From Vicinamibacterales bacterium (lineage in GTDB: Bacteria; Acidobacteriota; Vicinamibacteria; Vicinamibacterales; UBA8438), in assembly GCA_965237405.1 (NCBI GenBank), contig OZ250139.1, forward strand, positions 1,562,820 through 1,626,819: DNA of 64,000 nt, written 5' to 3'. The position numbers were made by a program, and so were the translations under genes. Position 1 is the stretch's first letter, and every line of letters begins with the position of its first letter. Positions 33,460 through 43,167 of this stretch are shown piece after piece. The notes beneath the pieces are model-generated. The model was given only the letters and a program-made list of their open reading frames with translations, searched no databases and was not told where the DNA came from.

Positions 33460-34527
33460 ATGCTCTCGATGAATCATCCCCGCCTCACAACACTGGGCCT
33501 TCTCATGGCGATGCTCGCGGGCACATTGCTCGCACCGCTCCCAGTAGCATCGCAGGCCCAGACGGCCACAGCGAATGGATCGCTGCCGCTCCGAACGGCA
33601 TGGGGTGATCCGCGGCTTCAGGGGATGTGGAGCAATTCCACCCTTACGCCGCTCGAACGTCCTACGAGACAGGCCGACCGAGAGTTTCTAAGCGTGGAAG
33701 AGGCGGCCGAGCTCCATCAGGCAGCCGTTGACCGAAGCATACGCCTCGCAAATCGGGCTGCCCTGCGTACAGTGGTTGGCGGAAGCGTGGACCAAGGAGT
33801 GGACGGGGCACCAGGCTCGTTCAACGACCTTTGGTGGGAACGCGGAACAACGGTCGTTCCAACGAGACGTACGTCGTTTATCGTGGATCCGCCAGACGGC
33901 AGGCTCCCCCCTGTAACACCCGAAATGCGTGAACGGATGAGTTCACCAGAGGCACAGCGGATCGAGAATGTCAGACGCGGACGTCTCCCTGCCGCCTCAT
34001 GGGAGGAGCTTGATCTACGCGTACGCTGCATCTGGTACCGCGGCATCCCCACGTTTCCAACCGGGTACAACGATAACTATCACTTCGTGCAGACACCTGA
34101 TTACGTGGCAATCCTCCAAGAACATATCCACGACGTGCGCTTCATTTCCCTGGGCAATCGCCCACATCTGACGCCGGCCATCCGTCAATATGCGGGAGAC
34201 TCACGCGGCAGGTGGGACGGTGACTCACTCATCGTCGAGACCACCAACTTCAACGATCGGGCCTTTATTCGAAGGTTCAATGGCGTGCTCAGCAAGGCCT
34301 TGCACGTCGTCGAACGGTTTACGCGTGTCAGCCCAGACAGGCTGGACTACCAGTTCACGGTGAACGATCCGAAGACCTGGACGAAACCCTGGACGGGCAC
34401 CCTTTCGTACAGACGCATTCAGGGTCCGTTATTCGAGTACGCGTGTCACGAGGGAAACTACGGCCTGACGAATATCCTCGCCGGGTCGCGCACCCAGGAC
34501 CCGGAGAGAGCTGCTACGGACAGGTAG
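33460..34527 (+). CDS. Uncharacterised secreted protein, EYACHEGNY family, paralog 2
   Basis: RTAWGDPRLQGMW..TPLERP, GDSRGRWDGD and FEYACHEGNY. Confidence 0.8.
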   Translation: MLSMNHPRLTTLGLLMAMLAGTLLAPLPVASQAQTATANGSLPLRTAWGDPRLQGMWSNSTLTPLERPTRQADREFLSVEEAAELHQAAVDRSIRLANRAALRTVVGGSVDQGVDGAPGSFNDLWWERGTTVVPTRRTSFIVDPPDGRLPPVTPEMRERMSSPEAQRIENVRRGRLPAASWEELDLRVRCIWYRGIPTFPTGYNDNYHFVQTPDYVAILQEHIHDVRFISLGNRPHLTPAIRQYAGDSRGRWDGDSLIVETTNFNDRAFIRRFNGVLSKALHVVERFTRVSPDRLDYQFTVNDPKTWTKPWTGTLSYRRIQGPLFEYACHEGNYGLTNILAGSRTQDPERAATDR

Positions 34528-34668
34528 TCCAGCTGCCAACGCGAGGTCGAGCATCGTCACCCTCCGACTGTGCGTCACGATCCATCGGCGCCTGCTACAT
34601 CCACGTCGAACGCCGCCGTTTCGACGACTCCGCCGACTTTGACCGGAATTAACGAATACAACAATCTG

Positions 34669-35508
34669 CTACTGACTGGCGGCCGCCTGCTGCTGCATCA
34701 GCAACATCGCCTGGAAACGCTGCTCTTGCATGTCAACATGTGCGAGGTAGCCAGCACGATCGATGAAAGGATTCGGGTCTCCGTCCTTGCGCTGTTGTAA
34801 CCGCTCGTATTTTGTTGCCATGTTGTACCAATTACCGTGAGCCCCGAGGAATACGTCAACCGGGAGTGAACGAGCCTTCGCGAACGTCGACCTGTAGTCC
34901 TCTGCAATACTTGGATAGTCCGGATTGTCGACGAGTATGTAGCCGGGGTTGACGCCAAAGCTGCACACGATCAAAGCGGTGTAGCTTTTGTTGTCTTCTG
35001 TCACCTCAAGGCCCCAACTTGTGCATCCTTTCGTGTGGCCCGGTGTGTGATGTGCGACCAGGGTGGTACCACCGAGCGTCACTTGGTCTCCGTCATCCAG
35101 AATCCGGTCAATGGGATGCACTTTGTCGCCCGGTTGCATTCGACGTAGCCGTTCGACGTCTTCCCGCATCACCATTACCGTCGCGCTAGTTAGTTCCTTC
35201 GTCAGCGCATCCCCTTCCATGTGATCAGCATGAGCGTGACTGCCAAGGATGATCTCAATAGCGGTGAAATCAAATCCCAACTCCTCGACGGCGGCACGAA
35301 TCGACGGAACCGTCGCTTCAAAGTCAGTATTAATGAGTACGTGACCCTCCGAAGTTGCAATCAAGTACGTCGCGAGAGCCTCCGTACCTACAAAGTAAAT
35401 GTTATCGATGACGTGGTGGGCCGGGAATGGAGCAGCGTAGTCACGCTGAGCGAGAATTAAGACTGATCCAAAGAAAACTACGACGGCAGCCAGTAGTGCT
35501 CTACGCAT
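34669..35508 (-). CDS. bla: Subclass B3 metallo-beta-lactamase
   Basis: Signal peptide; PFPAHHVIDNIYFVG, HAHADH, PGHTKGCT and FLGAH give the complete HHH/DHH ligand set; NPF near the C-terminus. Confidence 0.85.
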   Translation of the reverse strand: MRRALLAAVVVFFGSVLILAQRDYAAPFPAHHVIDNIYFVGTEALATYLIATSEGHVLINTDFEATVPSIRAAVEELGFDFTAIEIILGSHAHADHMEGDALTKELTSATVMVMREDVERLRRMQPGDKVHPIDRILDDGDQVTLGGTTLVAHHTPGHTKGCTSWGLEVTEDNKSYTALIVCSFGVNPGYILVDNPDYPSIAEDYRSTFAKARSLPVDVFLGAHGNWYNMATKYERLQQRKDGDPNPFIDRAGYLAHVDMQEQRFQAMLLMQQQAAASQ

Positions 35509-35572
35509 GCTTACTTCTCTTCAGTCCATGGGGCGAACGTGCGTCGCCATAAACCCAGTCGTGGTAGGTCCA

Positions 35573-36529
35573 TCAGTCGCGGCGAGTGATCGCTCTTTTG
35601 ATTGCGTCGGTGTAGTTGGCGGTCGCTCTCAGGCTCACGGGTGCGGTCGGGGCGATAATGTCGAAGGCATGAAAGGCCCCAGGGTACATGTGCAGCTCCG
35701 TGTTCACATCTGCCCTAATCAAGCGACGCGCGTAATCGATGTCTTCGTCCAATAAGTTGTCACGCTCCGCCACCATGACATACGCGGGTGGCAGATGCGA
35801 TAAGTCCTCTGCTCTTGAGGGCGCAGCGTACGGCGACACGTCATCGGTCTTTCCACTCAGATAGGCATTCCAGCACGCCGTGACATTGTCCCGATAGAAC
35901 AGACGGCGGTCGGTAACGCTATACCGCGACGGCGGCTCGTCGCGATCGTCCAACATCGGGTAAATCAAAAGTTGCAGGTTTAACCGCGGGCCCCGTCGGT
36001 CACGGGCCATGAGCGCCAACGCAGCAGCCAATCCCCCCCCAGCACTCGCCCCGCCAACCGCCAACAATTCAGGATCGACCTGAAGCTCATCCGCAGCCCC
36101 GTGAATCCATTCGAGCGCTGCGTAGCAATCCTCAGGAGCCGCCGGGAACGGAGACTCGGGAGCGAACCGGTAGTCGACCGACACAACAACGCACCCAGTC
36201 TTTCTAGTAATCTGTCCGCAGAGCGCGTCACTCTGATCGAGGTCGCCAAGAATAAAGCCGCCTCCATGAATCCATAGGAGACAACCAGAGCGACCGCTAG
36301 TCCGAGTAGTGGGGCTGTAGATCCGAACCGGAACCGGTGGAGATGACGCCGGTCCATCGATGGTTCGGTTCGTAACGTTGACGTGCTGACTTAGAGTGCC
36401 GGATGCCGTCTTCCTTAAGTTCGCCAGCCATTTTCGGGTTACTGGTGGATCGGCAGCCATATTCGGGAACTCTGGCAACTGCGCGAGCACCGCTCTTAGA
36501 TCGGGGTCAAGAAGCGGTTCGATACTCAT
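35573..36529 (-). CDS. Alpha/beta hydrolase, hormone-sensitive lipase (family IV esterase) type
   Basis: HGGG oxyanion motif, GASAG nucleophile, D..HAF catalytic residues. Confidence 0.92.
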   Translation of the reverse strand: MSIEPLLDPDLRAVLAQLPEFPNMAADPPVTRKWLANLRKTASGTLSQHVNVTNRTIDGPASSPPVPVRIYSPTTRTSGRSGCLLWIHGGGFILGDLDQSDALCGQITRKTGCVVVSVDYRFAPESPFPAAPEDCYAALEWIHGAADELQVDPELLAVGGASAGGGLAAALALMARDRRGPRLNLQLLIYPMLDDRDEPPSRYSVTDRRLFYRDNVTACWNAYLSGKTDDVSPYAAPSRAEDLSHLPPAYVMVAERDNLLDEDIDYARRLIRADVNTELHMYPGAFHAFDIIAPTAPVSLRATANYTDAIKRAITRRD

Positions 36530-36571
36530 GCGTGCTGGCCGCCTGCCGTAGCGATGGCCTCCAGCCGATTA

Positions 36572-37624
36572 TCACCCTGCCGCGACGGCACGTTCGTCAG
36601 CGCGGGATCCGGCGAGCATGTTCATCATCCCATAGTTCCCCTCGTGACACGCGAACTCGTAAACCGGTCCCTCCGTACGTGCCATCGGCAAAGCCCCCTC
36701 CCACGGGCTGGTCCACGTCCCAGGATCGTCAACAGTGAACTGGTAGTCCAGCGTATCGGGTCCCGTGCGCGTGAAACGCTCGACAAGCGTCACCTGGCCA
36801 CTGAGATTACCCCGTCCCATCGAGTGTTGGGGTAGATTCCACCGCCGGATAAACGCCTCCCTGATATTGGTGGTCTCAACGACAAGCGTGTCCCCGTCCC
36901 AATGACCCCGAGAATCGCCCGCATACTGGCGAATCGTCGCCGGGAGGTGAGGACGCCCGTCCAACGGAACATAGCGGACATCGTGGATATGTTCCTGGAG
37001 AATGACGACGTGGTCGGGCGTCTGGAAGAACTGATAGTTGTTGTTGTAGCCGGTGGGCGAGATATGACCAATCCCGCGGTACCACAGGCATCGCTCGCTC
37101 AGCCCCATCTCCTCCGGACCATCCGCGGGCACCCGCCCGTCTGGGACATCTGCAAGCCGATGGTACGCCGACGATGCAATACGATCCTCTGCCTCTGCGG
37201 TTAACGGCGGCAGTCGACCATTCGACGGTTCCGAGATCAAAGACGTGCGTCGAGTCTGAACAACCGCCGTCCCCTGCTCCGTCCAGAAGCTGTTGTACGC
37301 ACCGACCCCCCCACCTACCGGCAGCGGCTCCGTCCTCACTTCGCTGGGAGCATTCGCTTGGCTGTGACGGTCAGCGGCTCGCTGCTCGGTCTCGGCGACT
37401 TCTTCGGCCGTTAGGAACGCCTTGTCGCCGAGAGACTCGGGACGCTGGAGCGGTGTAATGGTGGCGTTGTTCCAGATTCCCTGTAGATCCGGATCCCCCC
37501 ACGCGGTCCGCGGTACCGCTCCCCCCTCCGACTGGGGCTGGACGCAGGCCGGCAACCCGGCCAAAAAGGCAACTGTGACGACTGCCGCGTACACACAGAA
37601 CGACCGGGTAAATTGATTGCTCAT
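36572..37624 (-). CDS. Uncharacterised secreted or lipoprotein, EYACHEGNY family, paralog 3
   Basis: LPAC lipobox-like; RTAWGDPDLQGIW..TPLQRP and YEFACHEGNY. Confidence 0.8.
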   Translation of the reverse strand: MSNQFTRSFCVYAAVVTVAFLAGLPACVQPQSEGGAVPRTAWGDPDLQGIWNNATITPLQRPESLGDKAFLTAEEVAETEQRAADRHSQANAPSEVRTEPLPVGGGVGAYNSFWTEQGTAVVQTRRTSLISEPSNGRLPPLTAEAEDRIASSAYHRLADVPDGRVPADGPEEMGLSERCLWYRGIGHISPTGYNNNYQFFQTPDHVVILQEHIHDVRYVPLDGRPHLPATIRQYAGDSRGHWDGDTLVVETTNIREAFIRRWNLPQHSMGRGNLSGQVTLVERFTRTGPDTLDYQFTVDDPGTWTSPWEGALPMARTEGPVYEFACHEGNYGMMNMLAGSRADERAVAAG

Positions 37625-37759
37625 TTAACGCCTCCTTGCGTACACGCCAATCATACGAGCCCAGGAGTGTGGGTCAAGGGCTCATGACGAAAAGAGGTGT
37701 TGAACGTGAGAACTCGACAGTTTACCCGCAGAGACCTATCGGACCGCTGAACCAAACAA

Positions 37760-38944
37760 CTACAGCGGCGCGAGTGTCATGCTGTCGATGACCCTCAATA
37801 GATCTTCGGCGGCACGCTCCCAGGAATGGTGCTCGTCGACGCGGGCCCGGCCTCGTTCTCCCATCGCACGACCGCCGTCATCACTCCACAACACCTTCTC
37901 GATCGCTTTAGCCAGCGATCTGGCGTCAGCGTCCGTCAGAACGCCGGTCTCACCGTCAACGATATTGTCGACCACACCGCCTTCCGCCACCGCTACAACT
38001 GGCAGACCGCAGTAGGCCGCCTCGATCACCGATAGACCGAAGGACTCTTCGCGTGTGGCGTGTACGTAGCAGCTCGCCGCACGATAATGTGCAGACAGCT
38101 GCTCATCTTCAACGAACCCAGTGAACCTTACTCTCGCGGACACCTTCAGAGCAACAGCCTGCTCCTCAAGTCTGGCGCGTTCGGGCCCGTCACCCACCAC
38201 TTCGAGGGTCACGGGAAACCCATCAGGCGTCGTCTCAGGTACCTTGGCGAACGCCTGAACGACGAGATCGACGCGTTTGCGCGGATGCAGATAGTTGACA
38301 GTAATCAGCCGCGCCGGGTCGCGCTCGACGCTGCTGTGCCGGTCAAGCAAGGCACGTGACAGCCCGTGAGAAATCGGGGTGGCCGACCTTCCGTAGATGG
38401 CCTGGAAACGAGGGGCTGCGTAGGACCCAGGGGCTGTCGTAATGGCCGGAACGCGCTGAACCAGCCGACGGTCGATACTCTTGTACACCGCCAGCGCAAC
38501 CGTGAGTGGCCACCGCGCTGCACCGGCTCGAGCCAAAACCGCGTCCCGATCTTGGTAGAGAACTCGCGGTGGCTCAAAGCAGTGATATACCTGCGGCACG
38601 TTCAACCGCTGGCCACGGATCAAGCGTAGGGCGGGGCCGAAGAGCACGTGACCATCCGCCGATGGGTCGAGCAAACGGCGGAGGGCACCGACACGCGCAT
38701 AGTCGAAGACCGCGTTGAAATATCGGTTGGTGAACCAGTCGAGCTTAGTGCCACTTTCTACCAGCTCGACACCAGGAGACAGCAAGGGCCTGCAGGAATC
38801 GTCAAAGCAGTGACAAATAACTCTGGACCGATGTCCCTGCCGCGCCAGCGCGCCGGCGAGTTCGAGAATCAGACGCTCGGCACCCGACAGCAGCTTGAAC
38901 CGTGGAAACACCAGATCGATCTTTCGACGGCTCACCGGTCGCAC
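37760..38944 (-). CDS. Glycosyltransferase family 4
   Basis: SGAER, KRVD, VGDGPE and ESFGLSVIEA (EX7E) motifs. Confidence 0.92.
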   Translation of the reverse strand: MRPVSRRKIDLVFPRFKLLSGAERLILELAGALARQGHRSRVICHCFDDSCRPLLSPGVELVESGTKLDWFTNRYFNAVFDYARVGALRRLLDPSADGHVLFGPALRLIRGQRLNVPQVYHCFEPPRVLYQDRDAVLARAGAARWPLTVALAVYKSIDRRLVQRVPAITTAPGSYAAPRFQAIYGRSATPISHGLSRALLDRHSSVERDPARLITVNYLHPRKRVDLVVQAFAKVPETTPDGFPVTLEVVGDGPERARLEEQAVALKVSARVRFTGFVEDEQLSAHYRAASCYVHATREESFGLSVIEAAYCGLPVVAVAEGGVVDNIVDGETGVLTDADARSLAKAIEKVLWSDDGGRAMGERGRARVDEHHSWERAAEDLLRVIDSMTLAPL

Positions 38945-38993
38945 TCCTCAGCGCGGTCTCCTACTCGCTAGACGATTCGAAGCGGCCCGAGGC

Positions 38994-39350
38994 TCAGAAC
39001 CCGCGCTTGCGACCCCGGATACCCCGACGGCTTCCTTTCGGCTTGGAGAACGTTGGCCGAGCGGCGTCGCCAGGCGGTCCAAAGTTGCCCCTAGGCCTAG
39101 GTGGTCGTTCCCGTGCTTCGTTGACCGCCAGCGTTCGACCTTGCAACTCGGTGCCGTCGAACCGAGAGATCGCTTCCTGGACGACGGATGCATCGTTAAA
39201 CTCAACGAACGCGAACCCGCGCGGCTGTCCCGTCGTGCGGTCGATCGGAAGGAACACTTCCTTGACGTCGCCAACCTGGGCAAAGAGTGTCTCAAGCTCC
39301 GTCTGTGTAGTGCTGAAGCTGAGTTTACCGACAAAGATCTTTGCAGAAAT
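38994..39350 (-). CDS. RRM RNA-binding protein, probable ATT start codon
   Basis: RNP2 KIFVGKL and RNP1 RGFAFVEF lie in one frame; SD AAGGAGG is followed 5 nt later by in-frame ATT; no in-frame ATG/GTG/TTG upstream of RNP2. Confidence 0.85.
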   Translation of the reverse strand: MSAKIFVGKLSFSTTQTELETLFAQVGDVKEVFLPIDRTTGQPRGFAFVEFNDASVVQEAISRFDGTELQGRTLAVNEARERPPRPRGNFGPPGDAARPTFSKPKGSRRGIRGRKRGF

Positions 39351-39742
39351 AACATCCTCCTTTAACTGTTGAGTGCGGTCTACGTGACCCGACCGAGCGG
39401 CGGCAGCACTTCATCCGCTCACCGGAACCCGCGGCTGTTTGTCGCGCGACGCACTCGGTCGCGTTTCGTTCACGGCGATCCGACGTTCGGCCATCTCGGT
39501 CGTCTTTTCGACATCCAACTTGCGATTAATCAACCGGGCCCACCGAAATCTAGCCGAGAACGACGGGCACGCCGTCAGCTCTACGCTGCTTGATCACCTA
39601 AAAGAAGGAAAGGCGAGGCTAACAAAACTCGTCGGTCCCGGTTCGGGTGCTCTGCGGCGGCGAGAACTTGACCTTTCGAGGGTAACGGAGACACGACGGG
39701 AAAGCAAAGCCAAGTGTCACCGTTCACTGCTACCATGAGCGC

Positions 39743-40159
39743 ATGGCTCTCGACGAGCAAGCTTTATTTAGGCAAAAATCAGAAATACGACTGGGACGGT
39801 ACCAGTGCCCCAGGTGCCGACGGGACGGCGACTACAGCATCCGGTGGGTGCGGCACTCGAAGAAGGACAGGCTGCCGGCGGGAACTGATAGAGGCGACCG
39901 GGCTAAGTTCGACAAGCTGCGTGACTACCTGCTTCGCATAGACGACGCGGTCACGTGCAAGACGTGCGGTAAGAAATTCGAGATCCCGTCGCAGCACTCC
40001 CTCGTGTTCGTGGACCAGCTTGAAGGCCTACCCAACGAAGAAGACCTCGAGCGAGAAATCAGTGCCGCGTCTGGGGAACCGGAACCTACAGCACCTGCAG
40101 CTGACCGTAATCCGGCGTTGCCAGCGCGGTTCACCAGGAAGTCAAGTGGCTGGAAGTAG
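39743..40159 (+). CDS. Hypothetical zinc-ribbon protein
   Basis: Two CxxC pairs (CPRC, CKTC); ATG ORF. Confidence 0.7.
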   Translation: MALDEQALFRQKSEIRLGRYQCPRCRRDGDYSIRWVRHSKKDRLPAGTDRGDRAKFDKLRDYLLRIDDAVTCKTCGKKFEIPSQHSLVFVDQLEGLPNEEDLEREISAASGEPEPTAPAADRNPALPARFTRKSSGWK

Positions 40160-40706
40160 CGAACTTCTTCTCGGAACGGATCCAAACGTACCCGCTTCCA
40201 GACGTAGCAGCGGCGACCACTAGGACTGCCCTAGTCAGGTGACCATATGAACACCAGCGACACTTAACGTTAGCAGCAGGTCAAGCAGGATACTCGGTCC
40301 TGTTCCTGTTCACGGGCTAAAGTACGCTCAGCCGCCGAAGGCACTCATAACGACTGGGACGAATTCCCTTCCGTGGCGCTTGATGAGTTGCAGAACGAAT
40401 AGGCGGATGAACTCGAACCATAGTGGCGTCAAACTCCTTCTCTCCCGCCTAGTCTACTGAGAGTAGGACAGTCCGATGGCATGTTTTGAAGCACATGAGG
40501 TGCATCAGACAATGGCACAAAATGTCAAAGTCCTATCGTGCATCAATTGATGAGATGAGGATCTTACCGGCGTGGAAAACTCGTGCCTGGCCCCAAGTCC
40601 ACATGCCGCTGACATTAAAGTCGGCCACGGCATTTCCAAGTGCTCCTGTAAGAAAGTTGCGATCGGTGTATAAAGGTAGTCATAAGGTAATCATCCGGTG
40701 GGCACG

Positions 40707-41828
40707 ATGGAATCTCTGGCCAAGTCTCTACGTCACGCAGTTTGTGGAGGTGGGTTCCGTATTAGCGTTGTTGCTTTCGTCATGCTCGTCGTACAGGCCC
40801 GAGCGCACCAACCGGATGTAAATCTACCCGTCATCGATCTCATCCTTGTCACGATCAACAGCGAAACCATCACCGAAAGCGACCTTCAGACCTATCAGGT
40901 AAAAGCAATTCGGCAACGTGCTCGCTCCCCGGTGACCACCGCGGCGCTGGCGCGCGTAATCTCGGAAGTCACTCCTGGCGCAATCGCCGCGGCCGTCGAC
41001 GAAACGCTCATGGCCCAGAGGGCCCGCGTGTTGGGCTACGCCTTCACCGACGACATGTTTGAACAGTTTCTCTCGAACGCAAGAGGCGTCTTCCGCTTCC
41101 AGGGGCAAACCGAAGACTTCAAAACCAATGAAGAAGTCCTGAAGGCTATCCAGAAATCAGAAAGAATAACAGCGCAGGAAATTCGCCGGATGATCGAGCG
41201 CCAGATGCTTGCCCAACAAGCGATGCAGATCGACATTCTGGACCAGGTCAGCCTGACAGAGGCTGAAGCTCGTGAGTACTACAACACCCATATCAGTGAG
41301 TACACGACGCCCGCAACCGCGACATTGCGTGAGATCCTTATTGCAGTGCCGAATGGGGAAGGTGACGCGCGAGCCGAGGATCACGCAAGAATGTTGGCAG
41401 AAACAACCGTGGTCCAACTGCGCAATGGCGAAGACTTTTCGGTGCTCGCAGCCGAGTTGTCCGATTCCCCATCGAAAGCGAATGGAGGTCGGGTTGGACC
41501 ACTTGTGGTGACCGAATATTCCCAAGCAATCCAGGAGCTTATTGCCGAACTTGAGGTCGGTGACGTCGCAGACCCCATTCGGACGGCGCAGGGCTATCAG
41601 ATCGTGATGTTGGACTTGAGTGTCGAGGTCTATGTACGTCCGTTCGATGAACTTCGCGAGGAAATTACAGGCAGCGTCTTCGGCAACCGTCGGACTGACA
41701 TGTACAACACGCTGCTTCAGACGTTACGAAACCAGGCTGTCATCGAATGGCAGGACCAGGACCTTCGGCTGGCGTACGAAAGCTATCGCGCGGCCAATCC
41801 CGAAGTGCAGGCGCTCCCGCTGCGCTAG
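40707..41828 (+). CDS. SurA/PrsA-like parvulin peptidyl-prolyl isomerase
   Basis: SurA N-terminal-like region; LREILI, GEDFSVLAAELSDSPSKANGG and PIRTAQGYQI rotamase motifs. Confidence 0.88.
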   Translation: MESLAKSLRHAVCGGGFRISVVAFVMLVVQARAHQPDVNLPVIDLILVTINSETITESDLQTYQVKAIRQRARSPVTTAALARVISEVTPGAIAAAVDETLMAQRARVLGYAFTDDMFEQFLSNARGVFRFQGQTEDFKTNEEVLKAIQKSERITAQEIRRMIERQMLAQQAMQIDILDQVSLTEAEAREYYNTHISEYTTPATATLREILIAVPNGEGDARAEDHARMLAETTVVQLRNGEDFSVLAAELSDSPSKANGGRVGPLVVTEYSQAIQELIAELEVGDVADPIRTAQGYQIVMLDLSVEVYVRPFDELREEITGSVFGNRRTDMYNTLLQTLRNQAVIEWQDQDLRLAYESYRAANPEVQALPLR

Positions 41829-41864
41829 CCGTTGGGCGCACGGGATAGTGGGACAAATCGGGTC

Positions 41865-42545
41865 ATGCACAAGACAGAGATTCGTCGGGACGTCATTGAC
41901 CGAATCTTGAGCCGACGCGGCCACTTGCACATCCACAATCAGCTTGATCCTTCGCGTACCGCCCTGGTGGTCATCGACATGCAGAACGCGTTCGTCCAAC
42001 CTGGACTTCCCTCTGCGGTACCGGTGGCCCGTGAGATCGTTCCCAATATCAATCGCCTGGCAGCAGCATTGCGCAAACAGGGTGGCACCGTGGTGTGGGT
42101 CTATACGACGTTCACACCTTCGAACATCAAGGACTGGTCGGTGCTGTTCAGGGGTGTGTATTCGACCGAGTTTGGCGACGTAACGATTGCAAGCTTGTGC
42201 GCCGGCACGGATGCGCATGCCCTTTGGCCCGAACTTGATGTGCACGATGGGGACTGGCAGTTGAGTAAGAATCGTTTCAGTGCTTTTCTGCCGGGCGCCT
42301 GTGACCTTGAGTTCCGGCTACGACAGGCCGCTATCGATACGGTATTGGTTGGCGGGACGCTAACCAACGTCTGCTGTGAGTCATCGGCTCGCGATGCGAT
42401 GATGCGAAACTTTAACGTCGTTATGGTTACCGATGGCAACGCCGCTCTCGCTGACGCTGATCACAATGCTAGCCTAACGGCTCTCGCACAAACCTTCGCC
42501 GATGTCATGAGCACCGATGAAGTCATCGCGCGACTCACTGCTTAA
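41865..42545 (+). CDS. Cysteine hydrolase (isochorismatase family)
   Basis: ALVVIDMQNAF, KNRFSAF and TNVCCESSARDA. Confidence 0.92.
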   Translation: MHKTEIRRDVIDRILSRRGHLHIHNQLDPSRTALVVIDMQNAFVQPGLPSAVPVAREIVPNINRLAAALRKQGGTVVWVYTTFTPSNIKDWSVLFRGVYSTEFGDVTIASLCAGTDAHALWPELDVHDGDWQLSKNRFSAFLPGACDLEFRLRQAAIDTVLVGGTLTNVCCESSARDAMMRNFNVVMVTDGNAALADADHNASLTALAQTFADVMSTDEVIARLTA

Positions 42546-42954
42546 TCCGAAATCCGTCGGCGGTCTCCTCACGGAACTGCTCATGGCACGACTGGCACGT
42601 GCTGCGCATCAGGCTCACGGCGGCGCCGGCAGCCTGCGGGTCCTTGTTGTCGGCCGCAGCCAGGATGGGCTCGAGCTGGCCGATTGCCTCCCGCGCCAGC
42701 GCCGCGGCCGCATCGGTGCCACGCGCGGTCCAGAATGCTTCGACCGCCTCAAACTGGGTTCTCAGCTTCTGGACATCATCGGCCAGCTCTGGCCAGTAGC
42801 GCGCGTCGACGTGCTGGTTGGCATCGCCCATCAGAAAGCGAATTTCAGTCATGGATTTCGCGTAGTCATCCTCGCTCGCGATGTTCTGGGACGTCACGGG
42901 AACGGCGCACACCAGGATGATGCCAACCGCAGCTGCTGGTTGATGAATTTGCAT
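42535..42954 (-). CDS. Cytochrome c' (class II)-like protein
   Basis: Signal peptide, helical body, C-terminal CQSCH; SD GGAGGAG before ATG 42954. Confidence 0.8.
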   Translation of the reverse strand: MQIHQPAAAVGIILVCAVPVTSQNIASEDDYAKSMTEIRFLMGDANQHVDARYWPELADDVQKLRTQFEAVEAFWTARGTDAAAALAREAIGQLEPILAAADNKDPQAAGAAVSLMRSTCQSCHEQFREETADGFRIKQ

Positions 42955-43167
42955 CAAGATCTCCTCCTGAGGACGTAACGATCTGAGAGGCAATTATAGC
43001 GGCGTACGGATTTGAACCTGCGATGGAGGTATTACAGTCGGTCCACGTGACTCAGCACATGAACAAGATTGGAGTGAAATCCCTTATGATGGCCGGAAAC
43101 TTAGTCACGCTTGGCCATGAGCCACCCTTCAGAGGGTCGCTACGAGATTGTTAGAGCAAGATTCCAT

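Noticed and set aside
40328-40432. Possible 34-aa hydrophobic peptide on the minus strand (TTG start, LWFEFIRLFVLQLIKR), like a type I toxin
   Set aside because: The SD abuts the start codon, no antisense partner is evident, and there is no other support.
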